64,000 nt of DNA from Lophium mytilinum (GCA_010093605.1 MU004188.1:2123918-2187917); one strand, 5' to 3'. Positions 50,017-61,584 are shown, numbered from the stretch's first letter. The notes: generated by a model not told the origin, from the sequence alone. Made by a program: numbers and translations.

Positions 50017-51037
50017 ATGGACTTTCTCACGTACACCCTCGAGAGGCTTGGCCTCGAAGAGTACCATAATGCATTCGCCGAACACGATGTCGACACCCGA
50101 GAGAAGTACCTAACGCTCGAGGACGTGAGTTTGAGGGAGTTAGGAGTCAAGCCGGAACATCGCCAAAGACTGATGGACGACATCGAAAACCTTCAGGCTG
50201 CGGGCGACTGTACTTGCTGTGCCACTCCGGTCGGATCTCACGCTGCTCTGGCTACTCCGCTAACGAGTATGTTGTTGCATAATCTTTCCATTTCACCGTC
50301 TCAGCCGCTGACATCATTACAGCAGACTTCGACGCCGAACTCGAGAAGCTTGGCCTGGGAGAGTGCAAGGACGTCTTGCGTGAGAATGGGATTGTGGACT
50401 GGGAGACAGTCAAGGAGCTTGCAGAGAAAGACCTGAAAGAGCTGGGGATTAAGGTAGGCTATCGCCGCATCCTGCAGCGTGAGATTGCTACGCGCCGCCC
50501 CTCTAGCAGAGAGGAAGAGATCATTCTGGGTCATCGCATCCGAGTTCCTCCTCCGGTTGTGCAGGTGGGGACACGTAAACTCAGCGACGCCATCAAAGGC
50601 AAGCTCACTAGTCTCCTCATCTCTTTGATTATGGACATTAACAACTTTTTATAGCGGAGAGGTTGGTCGACATCGCGGTCGACAATTTCAGGGCCATGCG
50701 CCACCCCATGAGCACCGAGAGTCGTAAATACACCAGCTTCCTTCGACGTCACCCTCCCCCGCCTTTGATCGAATCTTACCTACTACTCCGTATCCTGAAA
50801 GTATACGTCTCTCGTCAAGACCGCCCACAAGAGAACAAAGCCCTCTGCAGCGCTTTCGACCGCGTCAAGACCCTCGCCATCGACTGGAAGATTGGTCGAA
50901 TCAACACAATGGACCCCTACAAAGTGGGCCACTTTCTTGGCGAGCTTCACGCGACTCTCTGGACGATTGGGGAAAACCGCGACGCCAGCAGAGTTGAGTT
51001 TGCGGTTCAGCAGTATATTGGTACCTACACTTTATGA
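50017..51037 (+). CDS. Array C gene C5: two SAM domains + class-II C-terminal domain
   Basis: LERLGLEEYHNAFAEHDV..LRELGVKPEHRQRL and LEKLGLGECKDVLRENGIVDWETV..LGIKVGYRRILQREIA; last exon YTSFLRRHPPPPLIESYLLLRIL..GHFLGELHATL. Confidence 0.85.
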
Positions 51038-51572
51038 TAAATTGGGGAAGTAGCCTCCGAGCTGGACTGAAAGCGGTTGTGGTGCGCCTTAGCAAGGGAT
51101 GGCAGTCAGAGAGGTTCGGAGACGGAGAATGGTGTTCGGGTTGAGATGAGTAGATGAGGAGTCGCATGATCGACTCATTGAATTTCTCTGGAGATATTGA
51201 GATAATTGGATTATGGTGTGATCAATGTATCCGCTAGTTCTTTGCCATTGGAAGACCAAACGATGCTCTAATATGATTCCCTCGTGATATCGTCCCTAAG
51301 TTGTTGATAGAGGGCTTCTCTAGGAGTTTGCCATGATTCTAGACTCGTAGAGAGGCACAAAGCTGTATGATTTCTAGATCGCACCTTGACGCTAAGCCTT
51401 CAGAGCTGTCACTACCCTTTGCAGCCATTCACCTCCTTCAAGCCAGCCACGAATAGCCGGGTGCATGCGCCATCCTACCCGACTAGGCGGGAGTGTTTCC
51501 GTCGAAAGAAAAGTCTTCCTCTGACATCACTTTCACCCACCATCTTCGAACAAAGTTGGGTCTCAAGCGACG

Positions 51573-52343
51573 ATGGCGGACCTCACTGCCACTCTCAGAC
51601 GCCTCGGTCTGGCGGAATATCATGACACTTTCATGCGAAATGGGGTCGCAGACTGGGATACAGTGGGTATGCTCACCGAGGAAGATTTGAAGGAACTCGG
51701 AGTGAAGCTTGGTCATCGCCGTATCCTCCAGCGCGCAGCTACAGACACCCACTCTCACGAAGCATCTCGTAAGCCATCTGAGGAAGAAGACACCAATTCG
51801 AACACTTGCAGTAAGTGTGTGAGAGTGAGAGAAATGTCCACTACTTTGATGACTAACATCTCTTAAGGCGAATACCCTACTAAGTCTACGCGTCCGATCC
51901 AGGCGTCAGATCATAGCTGTAGGCTTTCTCAGGCCATGGACAACTACTTCGGGCTCATTCTCTCGAAAGACACTTCGGAACGCCGGAAGTTCGATAACTT
52001 TCTGAGTCTCGCGCCGCATCCAACCTTAATCTCGACCTTTCATCTACGCGAAATCCTACTAAAGTACACCAAAGACTACGTCCTTAGCGAAGTCTTGATC
52101 GACGGTCACCTTTCGGATGGGATGATCGACATTCTCAGGGAGACAAACGTCTTTACAGATGCTTACGACTTTCCCCGCGCCACTAGTAGATCATTCTCCG
52201 TTGGTTATGTTCAAGGCCAGCTCGACGCAGTCTTGGCAGCTATATCACCCGACCCCACGAGGCTCGAAGAAGATTTGGAGGATGCGACGATGTCTATGCT
52301 AGAAGACTTCGACAGTCCTTCAGCGGAAGATACGGAGGATTAG
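51573..52343 (+). CDS. Array C gene C6: SAM + class-II C-terminal domain
   Basis: LRRLGLAEYHDTFMRNGVADWDTVGMLTEEDLKELGVKLGHRRILQR; exon 2 FDNFLSLAPHPTLISTFHLREIL..GYVQGQLDAVL..PDP. Confidence 0.87.
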
Positions 52344-52814
52344 TGTGTAGCAAGACTATGACGCTCTGATGCTGGCAAGGTCTCGATCTCTGACCAGCGG
52401 CGCATGTGCGAGCTTTGGGAAGGCATGCTAGCAGAATGGTACTACGTAGGAAACGGCGAAGTGACTATCACACCGAAACTTTTTCCTCACATTCTAGTGC
52501 TTTCCCCTTAATCATCACCACGTTGACATTGAGTAGAATTTCAAATTCAGGTCAACTATACCCCCTTTTGCTCCCCGCCAAAAAATTTATATTCGGGAGT
52601 GCGACACGCTGGAGACAATGCAGAGTAGTCTGGACTATCTGATTCCAAGTGACTGAATAAGGTGAGCATGCCATTCTCCAGTGCCACTCGTCAGACTACA
52701 AGAGCTACTATTCACCTCCGTTGCCATGCCACAGGGAAACAAACAGATTTCCAGAACAACTCATTTTGAATTCCACCTCACAGCATCGCTTGACGACAAA
52801 GTGCTCAAATCACC

Positions 52815-53590
52815 ATGGCAGACATCAGCGCCTTCTTTTCGTGCCTGGCCTTGTCTAGGGGAGCTGATCCCAGGCACAGCTACATCCCAAATGGTTGGAA
52901 ACTGTGGGAGAACGCAACCCACCTCACGACCGACGATCTGTCCAAGCTCGGGTTCTACCTTGGTCACAAACACATCCTGGAGAGGGTCATCGCGTCGCAA
53001 CCTGACAATTCCATTGATCGTTCTTTAATTGCTGTGTTCGATAGTATGTCTATCAGAGACAGAGGTGGGTATTCTGCACACTTCTCCAGGTTTATTTAGT
53101 GATCACTGACGAGGCTTCAGCACATCCGAGAACCCGGGCCTTAAATTTCACCGTATCCAACGTCAAAATCGCCATGATCGAGTACTTCAAGGCCCTCCTC
53201 CAGCCCGAGAATCAAGCCGATACTCAAGACAGTCGAGAAATGTATGAGGAATATCAGAGCTTCCTCAGCCAGGATCCAGATCTTGCGCTGATAGAGACGT
53301 ATCACCTCCGCCGCGTCTTGAAGAGATTCTTGTCTAGACATATCGATGTCGATACACTAGACTCCGACGAAGTCTGGAGCCGGATCGAGGTGGTACTTTG
53401 CCAAATAGACGTCACAGCTTCGTTATATAGGCGCGGTACGGAATATGAGCTGGATGAGAGGGCTGAGGCGTATGATAGCGGCTACATCGACGGCCAGCTA
53501 GACACACTTCTAGAATTTCTCAGCGATGATCCTTATAGCGTTCGGCTCGGTATTTCGCAGATGTGGCAGGGCAGGGATGTGGATGGCTAG
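52815..53590 (+). CDS. Array C gene C7: divergent SAM + class-II C-terminal domain
   Basis: NGWKLWENATHLTTDDLSKLGFYLGHKHILERVIA; exon 2 YQSFLSQDPDLALIETYHLRRVL..GYIDGQLDTLL..DDP. Confidence 0.82.
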
Positions 53591-54188
53591 CTATAGGGAC
53601 GTCGTCGTTGCGGAGAAGCGAACTATAAAGTGCCGCGGGCAAGTCAGCTACTAGACATGGAGGGGAGTTTGGGGGCGGTATCATGCGCCGATTTGGACGT
53701 TGGCGACCAGATCGGAGTTATTTAGGCATGCTGGCTCCTCTGTGTCTTCCCGCCTGCTAGACTCAGTCATTCTTCAATCAACTAGGTTGATATGGCGCTG
53801 TATAATGCAAGTGAGCATCTTGTAGCTTTCATCTGTGTGACTTGTTAGATCATGTATCAAAGTTCGCGTCTACGCGCAATCTCACGAATATTTCGAGCGG
53901 CCAAAGCAGTATCATTGCGCAGGTGGAAGCTTCACGAGTTAGTAGTGGTATATCCCTTAGGACCATCTCAGGCAAAACAACTCGCTAGCATGGGCCTCAC
54001 TTCGTTTGCCTAATCCGCGCGGACGTGGCCGCCACGCCAAGGAATCAGCGCCACCTTTCACAACTATCCGTGACGTCGCTTTAGTCATCTGCACTAGCCA
54101 CGGCCACACACCATGTTTTCACTTCCGGCAGCCACGATCAAGTCTTTCCTCTTCACTCCAACCTCTCAGTTCACCCCACACTGTCGCG

Positions 54189-55043
54189 ATGGGGCCGCCA
54201 GTGCAGCATTCATCCACCGAGGCAGCAGACGACGGAGGAGGAAAGGAGGAAAGCAACAACAATGAAAAGACTGCCGACAAGAAGACGGAGGATGACCAGG
54301 TCATGGACGACAAGACCAATGACGGGGGAGATTCGAACAATGTACCGGTAGAGGACCTGTACGCCATTTCGCTCACCGTTGCCGACCTTGAGAACCCATT
54401 CATCCACAAGCTGCAGAACTTTCGTCAATCTCTATCCAATCATTCCATTCTAGAGGGAATGGCAGAGCACTATGTTCAAGAGCATAAAGACATGCTTGCC
54501 CGGCTTCACACTGTCTTAAACCTTCACCCAGCGCAGGTCCTATGTGACTGTAGACCCAACCAAGGCGAAATCATCCAGGAGACTCGCGGGAAGGTCGTAA
54601 CTGGTACCACAAAACATGTTGAGACCTTTCGTCATGCAAACGAAACTCTTAAGGAACTCCGCATTCGCCTACGTCAAGACCCCACCAACGACCAGAAAGT
54701 GCTCAGCATATTCGTTGACGCCATGCTGTACGGCCTTGACTTGGGAACGATTTCCCGATATACATTCGAGAAGGATGTGCTAGCGCTGGCTGCCAAAGGC
54801 CCGATTCTCCCAAATTTGGACGCAATCAGTTTCAGATACTTGTGTTCAATCACTACGGCGGAGGATCTGCTTGTGGCTGTTGTCAAGCTGCTAGAAAGCA
54901 TTCTGACCCATTATCGGCTCTGCTCGTTTTGCCGGGCCCTTATCCATCACTGCGTACAGAAGGGCATTTCGGCTGCAGGTTCACGTTACCATCTGAAGGT
55001 GTTCCAGAGTCTTTCTGAGCATGTCGATGCCAGAGACTTCTAA
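54189..55043 (+). CDS. Family B copy B8 (divergent)
   Basis: ANETLKELRIRLRQDPTNDQKVLSIFVDAM..ILPNLDAISFRYLCSITTAEDLLVAVVKLLE. Confidence 0.75.
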   Translation: MGPPVQHSSTEAADDGGGKEESNNNEKTADKKTEDDQVMDDKTNDGGDSNNVPVEDLYAISLTVADLENPFIHKLQNFRQSLSNHSILEGMAEHYVQEHKDMLARLHTVLNLHPAQVLCDCRPNQGEIIQETRGKVVTGTTKHVETFRHANETLKELRIRLRQDPTNDQKVLSIFVDAMLYGLDLGTISRYTFEKDVLALAAKGPILPNLDAISFRYLCSITTAEDLLVAVVKLLESILTHYRLCSFCRALIHHCVQKGISAAGSRYHLKVFQSLSEHVDARDF

Positions 55044-55666
55044 GACGGGGGGACGGTATGAAAAGTCCATTTGGGCTAAGATGAAGGGCGTGGTCTCATG
55101 GGAATTTCGGGAGATAGAACTACAACACTACTGAAAATCCTTCTATATTATGCCCTAAACATGTTGCGGCATGACGTGAAATTTGATACTATCTAATCAT
55201 ACCTACGGTTCTTCAACAACTCACAAAGCTTAGCACACATGTTCTGGTTGCTGCCTTCGATGTTTCTGGCTAATTCACGTGAAGGTGATCCGGTTATCGA
55301 GTCTCGAATTTGGAGTGGAATTAGCACTCAAAACACTCTGCGTTAGCCTGTAATGTTCATAAGGGTTGATTTGTCACTCCAGAACACCCAGTGCTGTTGA
55401 ATCGTAGGCCGTAGCCCCTGACCATCAATAGAACGTGGCATTACATACTTGAGCCGCCTGTTTGATACTAGCAATGGTTGCTATAGGTGATTGTCATAAT
55501 CGGACAATGAAGCGCGTGGCTACGTACGAAAGGATCCCCGTGACGGACTACCTGAATGTACGCACTTAATCGTCGACATTAGCTATATATGTCGCCCAAC
55601 CGTTTGCGACATTCCCCATCACCTTTGACTCATCACGCTGACCGCAGAAACCTGTACATTGCGATC

Positions 55667-56448
55667 ATGTCCCAGGACAGAGCACTGAACCGTGCGGCGA
55701 ACATTAAAACTGAGGAAGGATACGAAAGAGGTAGTGATGGAGTAGACGGCGGAGGGGAGTCCCTGACCGAATCTCCCCACAAACTCCATCCCCACAACGA
55801 ATGCCCCGCCTGCGTCCGCTGTTGCAACCGCTCTGAACATCCCACCCAATATCTCCTACTCCGATCGTCTCTCCCAAGTCGTCGAAAGCCACACGGTAGG
55901 GCGCCAGGATAGCCTTAAACGCCTGATTGAACGAGAATTAAGCTTTGGTCTCGAATCCGTATAAAAACCTGCCGATTTTGACCAGCGCTTGCGCACGGAG
56001 GCAAACAGGGTCAAGCGCGGCATCAGCTTCTGCAACGCAAATGAGAGCTTGGACGAGCTACGAAGCCGCCTCCACCACGATTCAGGAACTGGAAGCAAGA
56101 TGTTCAGCATTGCCATCGACGCTAATGTACAACGCTAACAAAGGTCCTGCGGCTCGCTCGCACTTCGAAGAGCGCATTCTAGAGTACATGTCCTACCAGA
56201 CGACATTGACTACGCTATCCTTTAGATACCTCTGCTCTTGCAAGACGCTCGAGGAACTGATCATGTGGCTTGTCAAGTTCTTCGAAAGCGAAATTATCCG
56301 GAACCCGAACAGGAAAGGGTGGAACTGTCGGCATATAAGATCTATTGTGAATCAATGGGGCACTGCTGACCACAAGATGGCGTTTCAACCGCTCTGGGAT
56401 GCCTGGGCTTGGGTAGTTGATATGGATGTCCACACGGGGTATGAGTAG
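55667..56448 (+). pseudogene. Family B copy B9, frameshifted paralog of B8
   Basis: ANESLDELRSRLHHDSGTGSKMFSIAIDA [frameshift ~56122] LMYN..LSFRYLCSCKTLEELIMWLVKFFE..IVNQWG; in-frame TAA 55962-55964. Confidence 0.7.
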
Positions 56449-57472
56449 GTATGCGGCGTATAGACTTCCTACCCATTTACCGAAGAGAGCAGCTTTAAGA
56501 GAGGTGGTGCAAATCAAGGGATTCTGTGTAGCAAATGCTCCTTGGCAAATATTGGCGGTTTATCCCTAGATTCTGTAGGGAGAGTGCTGGGTATCTTATA
56601 TCCATGTTTGTAGTCTACATAATACCAGGGACTGTTCCAAAGCTTACACAACCCTACTACCATTGCTCTGAGCTCTATGATAGTTTGCTGTGTTGATGCC
56701 GATGGAAGTCTTGCGCGTTAGCCTCCGAAGACTCGTCCGACACAGTGCTAGGTCATGGGTCTAGCTAGGTAAATGGATATACAACGGCCTTAGCTTCGTC
56801 CTTACCATTTCGATACACCATAAGGAGCGCCCCAGGGAATATTCCTTCGGCCAGACTCAACGTGGTCTAGTCTCTACTGAGCTGACCTTTGCATCGCAAT
56901 TCAAGCTCCCAAAATATTTCACCAGACCCCAAGCCTTTGCAAAAAGTGTCCAGAAGTACGTCTTCGTATGTTCCATTTTTAAGTCATAATGCAGGCTTAC
57001 GAATATAGCACCACTCCAGCTACTCTCGCATCAACACTGTAAGATGAGCCTTCGCTAATATAGATTCATTACTCAAAAGGTAGTCCATCATGCACTGCAC
57101 TAACCTTTACATGATGTCTGCAGCTCCTAGAGCCAGGCGGGGTACCCGAAACAGTTGCAAGGAGTGCCCAAACTTAGGCCTTGGTACTGTACAAGGTGCA
57201 ACTGACTATGGCAGACGTACCCGCCAAAGCTTAAGCAAGCATTCATGCCTCCCTGGCAATACCGCCGAGCCGCTAACAGAGTCGGTCCTTTCCCCACCGG
57301 CTAGCTTACCAGCTACCAGTAGCGTTCCCACGCCATGCCACCTAAATGTGACGACGTCCCATCTGAGGTCTACATCTCCGACCAACCTTTCAGTACAAAA
57401 AGGACAGGTCATTCGTTCTCTTCGGGTTCCTATGTTCTGGGCGGCGGTGTCTTTTATCTCATAGCGTTCATA

Positions 57473-58342
57473 ATGACTCCAAGCATCCACCTCACAACTT
57501 TCGAAGCGAACTCTGCAGAAGATCAGGAAAAGGTATGCAACCTCACGCGCATTCTCTATATTCCGCATAATGATCTACTTGAAACGTGACAACCCCACAT
57601 AACATCAGCCCAGGTCATCACCATTCTAACACCCCTGCAACCACACGCCGCATCAGCCGGGCTGTCTAAATTCTGCGTCTGCATCCCCGATGACCCCGCG
57701 GATGCTACTACCGTGCTTTTGATCGAAGAGTAAATTTACCCCTTCTTCGTCCTTCCCCAGTCTATCGGCCGATTTTCTCAGGCCTCTCCATCCCGCCGTC
57801 AACGGATCTCACCTCTCTCACACGCCCCTTCTAGAATCCCAACCTCGTTAACCTCTGCCTGGGCGTTGGACGGCTACAACCCGTCAAACCTAACGATCCA
57901 CTCTGTCCTCGAAACCTTATCCACCATCAAATCCACCCAAAAGCTTCTACCTGGCGTCTCCTTCCACCGCCCCTCCCTCACGGCCGCATCTGCGGAGGAC
58001 CTCTTCATTGTCACAGCTATGTTCGGATTCCATTCTGGGACCGCGCTTAAGGCTTTAAGAGGTTGGAGAGAGTTTGTGAAGTACTGTGAGGAGGAAGAAA
58101 GGGATGTGCTGGGATATTATGTTGCGGCTGCGGAAGCCGGAATCGGGGGGACGGGAGGAGACGGGGGTGAAGAGGAGGGAGAGGAGATTAGAACCCTGGA
58201 GATCTATGCGAGTAAGAAGTTCGTGTATGAGACACATCTGAAGAGTCCGGCAGTGGCTAGGAATCAAGAGCAAAATGGGGCGTGGAGGGATGGGAGGACG
58301 GGCGTGGGGAGATGGAGGATAGTTGGGGGATCTTTAGGGTAA
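57473..58342 (+). CDS. Dimeric alpha+beta barrel (ABM/monooxygenase-like) protein
   Basis: Exons MTPSIHLTTFEANSAEDQEK|VITILTPL..TVLLIEE and IVTAMFGF..FVKYCEEEERDVLGYYV..IRTLEIYASKKFVYETHLKSPAV; start and exon boundaries approximate. Confidence 0.6.
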
Positions 58343-59084
58343 TGTGGATCGGCAAATGGACGACGAGAGGCTGAGGATGGAGGTTGTAATTAGGGTAGGT
58401 TCAGTGCAGATTCCGGCCTCACTGCTCTCTCCGGTTGTTTCTTGGTCGTGACGAAGAAGGGGGATAGGAATAGGGGAGGCTTGGCAAGTTGGATATCTGT
58501 CTCTGATGCCGGGAAGCCATACTCCAATTTTCCCAACGCTGAACTTCTAAGGATGAAATTGCGGTTGACCACGGCTCCATTCGGAGAACCTTCTGGACAT
58601 GCGGGGGTAAGAGGACCGGCGGCAGCTCCAGTGCTTGGCGACAAGTCGAGCGCGCCAGCTTCGATCCGTATCAGTGAATTCAACATCGAAATGTCGCACA
58701 TAAAACAGCGCTGCCCGGCTCCCAACCTGCCTCTCTTCTACACCAGCTTTTTTCCTACAACCACTACAGAAAGCAACCGCCAATATCCAACTGCCCAGCC
58801 AAAGCATCTTGCAACTGCCAAACACACCTGCATCCAGCTTGAGCATTCGATCACCCGCATCTCCAGCCACTTCCCCAGCTCCGCCTGTCTCCAGACAAAG
58901 CTTGACCTAGCTCTCCAGCAGCGAACCACCACCTCCCAAAAAAACTCTCCAACCTCGTAAGTTGCCTTCTCTCGTCGTCGCTGCATTGCGGCGTCCTTCC
59001 ATATACCTCCTCGAAACACCATTCCCTATACGCGAAAGCTAACGCCTCCACCATTAGATCTCCAGGCCCATTTCACCCCCAAGA

Positions 59085-61523
59085 ATGTCTCTCTCTTCCA
59101 TTCTCAGCCGCTTCCCTCCCCGTATGTCTGCGTCGCAGGCTGCCCTCGCCCGCCGCCAGGAGAAGGCCATCACCCAAGGCCGCTCGCCCACTCCTCCATC
59201 CGAAGCGTCTTCCCGTACTATGAGCGCCCGCTCATCTGCTAGCAATAGGGATGTCTCGCGCGCGCCGTCTGTGGACTCGATCTACTCGTCCACCCCGCGC
59301 GCAGACTCCCCTGCCACCAATCACCTGGTCCCTGGATCCCCATCTGTACACAAGGCGAACGCCCGCTCCCCCTCTGCAGACACGCTGTATGGGTCTGCTT
59401 CGGAAGGTTTCACCCCCCGCCAACCTAGCCGCGAGTCCAGCATGGGGGCGATCATCAACCACGCCTCTCGCTACCGCGGTGTCCATCTCCAAGACAATCG
59501 TGGAGTGGAAGAGTACGTTCACTATGGCAAGGAAGATGAGTTTACCCCGACTACGTACCCGGCCTCCGACGTAGGCTTCGATGATGTCTTCGATGCACAC
59601 TACATACGCTCTACGTCCGAAGTCTCCAGTACCAATGATAGTATTGGAAGTGATGAGAGCGACGGAGAATACCATGACGAAGACATGTACGGGCTCCACC
59701 ATCATCTGGACAATCGAGTTGAGGGTCGTCGCAACTGGTGCGAGCCCCATACCGATAAATGCAGCACCCCCTCGGAGCGCGGCCACAGTGGCCACCAGAC
59801 TCCCCCATTCGACCTCCATGCTCTGGATCACCACCAGACCCCACCATTCGATGCCCATGGTCTTGGCCTGAACGGTAGTCAGACTCCTCCACCGCGCTCA
59901 CCCGAGTTTGTTCCGTACAGACGGGTGATGTCTTCGCCATACAACGGCTTGAACGAGGATAGCCCTCCGCTGCGGTCGCCCGAGTTCGTCCCATACAGGC
60001 GCGCGCTGTCTCCGCGATACAACGGCTTGGGCGACGACGGCCCTTCACTGCGCTCGCCTGAGTTCGTCCCTTACAAGCGTGTGCTACCTCCGCACTACAA
60101 CAGCTTGGCCGAGGACCGTTTCGAGACTCGTCCACCGGGCTCGCCCGAGTTCATCCCTTACAGGCGGGTGATCTCTCGCTATAACAGCTTGGACTCGGAC
60201 GGTTTCGAGACAGACCATGCGTACGACGCGTCCGGCGAAGACGACGATCGTAGCATGACTGGAATGGACGGCGAGGAGGTGCGGGAGACGATCGAACCGT
60301 ATACTGTCCGTGCCTACCCTCGTGGTCCTCATCCGCAGGAACACCTTCTCAGGACTGCTTCGCCAGATTACCGCCATGATAGCCGGGTTCAGTGGTCTCC
60401 TCTGGATCGAGAGGATACTCATCCGGGTTTGACGCCTCGACGTAACTCTCCGGAGATAATCGATCTGCGAACCCCATCGCCAGAACCGTTCGCACGTAGC
60501 CAGGATCTGAAGCGCAGCCACCGGGAGCTCTCATCTTCGACTACTTCATCCGCTGGTGTCGCTATCAAGCGGCCCTGCGATCGATTTGCGGCATTCCCTA
60601 ATTCGCCCTCGCCGCCTCTCTATGTTCGAAGCCCCATATCGCAGCCATCTACGCCTCCACGCGGTTTGAAGCGCTCCGCCCCCCAGGATGAGAACGGCCC
60701 TTCAGATCGTCGCGATAGTCCCGACCATCTGACTCCCGAATACCGCCCTAATAAGCGCCCCCGCTACTCACCTGTTCCTCCACAGGCGCAACAGCAGCGC
60801 GCTAGTCTCCACTCTCCGTTCCAGACGCCCCAGCGGAAGACTCACCGCGAGTGGATCGACCTGACCTCTCCCTCTCCCTCCCCTCGCCGCTCCATCGCAG
60901 ACAGCTCCATGTGGAGCTATTCACCACGACGCGCTCTTCGGCCCACCCCCTCGCCTCCTCGAGAGATGACCCCGCGCACTCGCGCCCAGTACCCGTCACA
61001 CCACTCCTCGGAGGCTAGCTCAAGCAGCTCTCCGGACTGGAGGGGTATCCGCGTCCCGCAGCCCAACGCCAGCTTTCTAGACCGCCTCGGCAACGAGCTG
61101 GAAGAGATGCGCGGCGAGCTTACCGGCGAGATTGATTTCCTCTACGACCAACAGGGCGAGCTTGTGGACCATATCGGCCGCATCCAGTACCAAGCGCGTG
61201 ACATGCATCAGGCTCTGAGCGATTTGTACCAGAATACGAGCACGGAGGTCATTCCGAACCTGAACGCAGCCGGAGATAAGACCCGCGAATTGGAGGGCGA
61301 ATTGGTGGATATGCGTCGGGCTATGGACGCTATGCGAGGTAAGATGAATACCATGAGGGGTGAGATGTATGCAATGAGGGGAGATCTGAGGGAATTGAAT
61401 GCGGAGAACGAAGAGTTGAACGAGGAGGTGAGGTATTACATGGAGCGCGACCTGCACACTAAGCGCGTGGTTGCGCAGCAGGTCTTCGGTGTGCAGATGG
61501 AGGATGATGACGAAGAGTTGTAG
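59085..61523 (+). CDS. 812-aa Ser/Pro/Arg-rich disordered protein with four SPEF repeats and C-terminal coiled coil
   Basis: Single long ORF; (R/G)SPEF(V/I)PY(R/K)R..YN(G/S)L x4; C-terminal M/R/E heptad region. Confidence 0.8.
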   Translation: MSLSSILSRFPPRMSASQAALARRQEKAITQGRSPTPPSEASSRTMSARSSASNRDVSRAPSVDSIYSSTPRADSPATNHLVPGSPSVHKANARSPSADTLYGSASEGFTPRQPSRESSMGAIINHASRYRGVHLQDNRGVEEYVHYGKEDEFTPTTYPASDVGFDDVFDAHYIRSTSEVSSTNDSIGSDESDGEYHDEDMYGLHHHLDNRVEGRRNWCEPHTDKCSTPSERGHSGHQTPPFDLHALDHHQTPPFDAHGLGLNGSQTPPPRSPEFVPYRRVMSSPYNGLNEDSPPLRSPEFVPYRRALSPRYNGLGDDGPSLRSPEFVPYKRVLPPHYNSLAEDRFETRPPGSPEFIPYRRVISRYNSLDSDGFETDHAYDASGEDDDRSMTGMDGEEVRETIEPYTVRAYPRGPHPQEHLLRTASPDYRHDSRVQWSPLDREDTHPGLTPRRNSPEIIDLRTPSPEPFARSQDLKRSHRELSSSTTSSAGVAIKRPCDRFAAFPNSPSPPLYVRSPISQPSTPPRGLKRSAPQDENGPSDRRDSPDHLTPEYRPNKRPRYSPVPPQAQQQRASLHSPFQTPQRKTHREWIDLTSPSPSPRRSIADSSMWSYSPRRALRPTPSPPREMTPRTRAQYPSHHSSEASSSSSPDWRGIRVPQPNASFLDRLGNELEEMRGELTGEIDFLYDQQGELVDHIGRIQYQARDMHQALSDLYQNTSTEVIPNLNAAGDKTRELEGELVDMRRAMDAMRGKMNTMRGEMYAMRGDLRELNAENEELNEEVRYYMERDLHTKRVVAQQVFGVQMEDDDEEL

Positions 61524-61584
61524 GGAGTGGGTGTTAGAGAGTGGCATGGTGAGAGGGGGTGAGATTGAAGGTGACTTTTCTGAT

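Noticed and set aside
58442..58960. 172-aa ORF upstream of the 812-aa gene
   Set aside because: No ATG start or recognisable motif; overlaps the likely promoter and 5'UTR of the 59085 gene.
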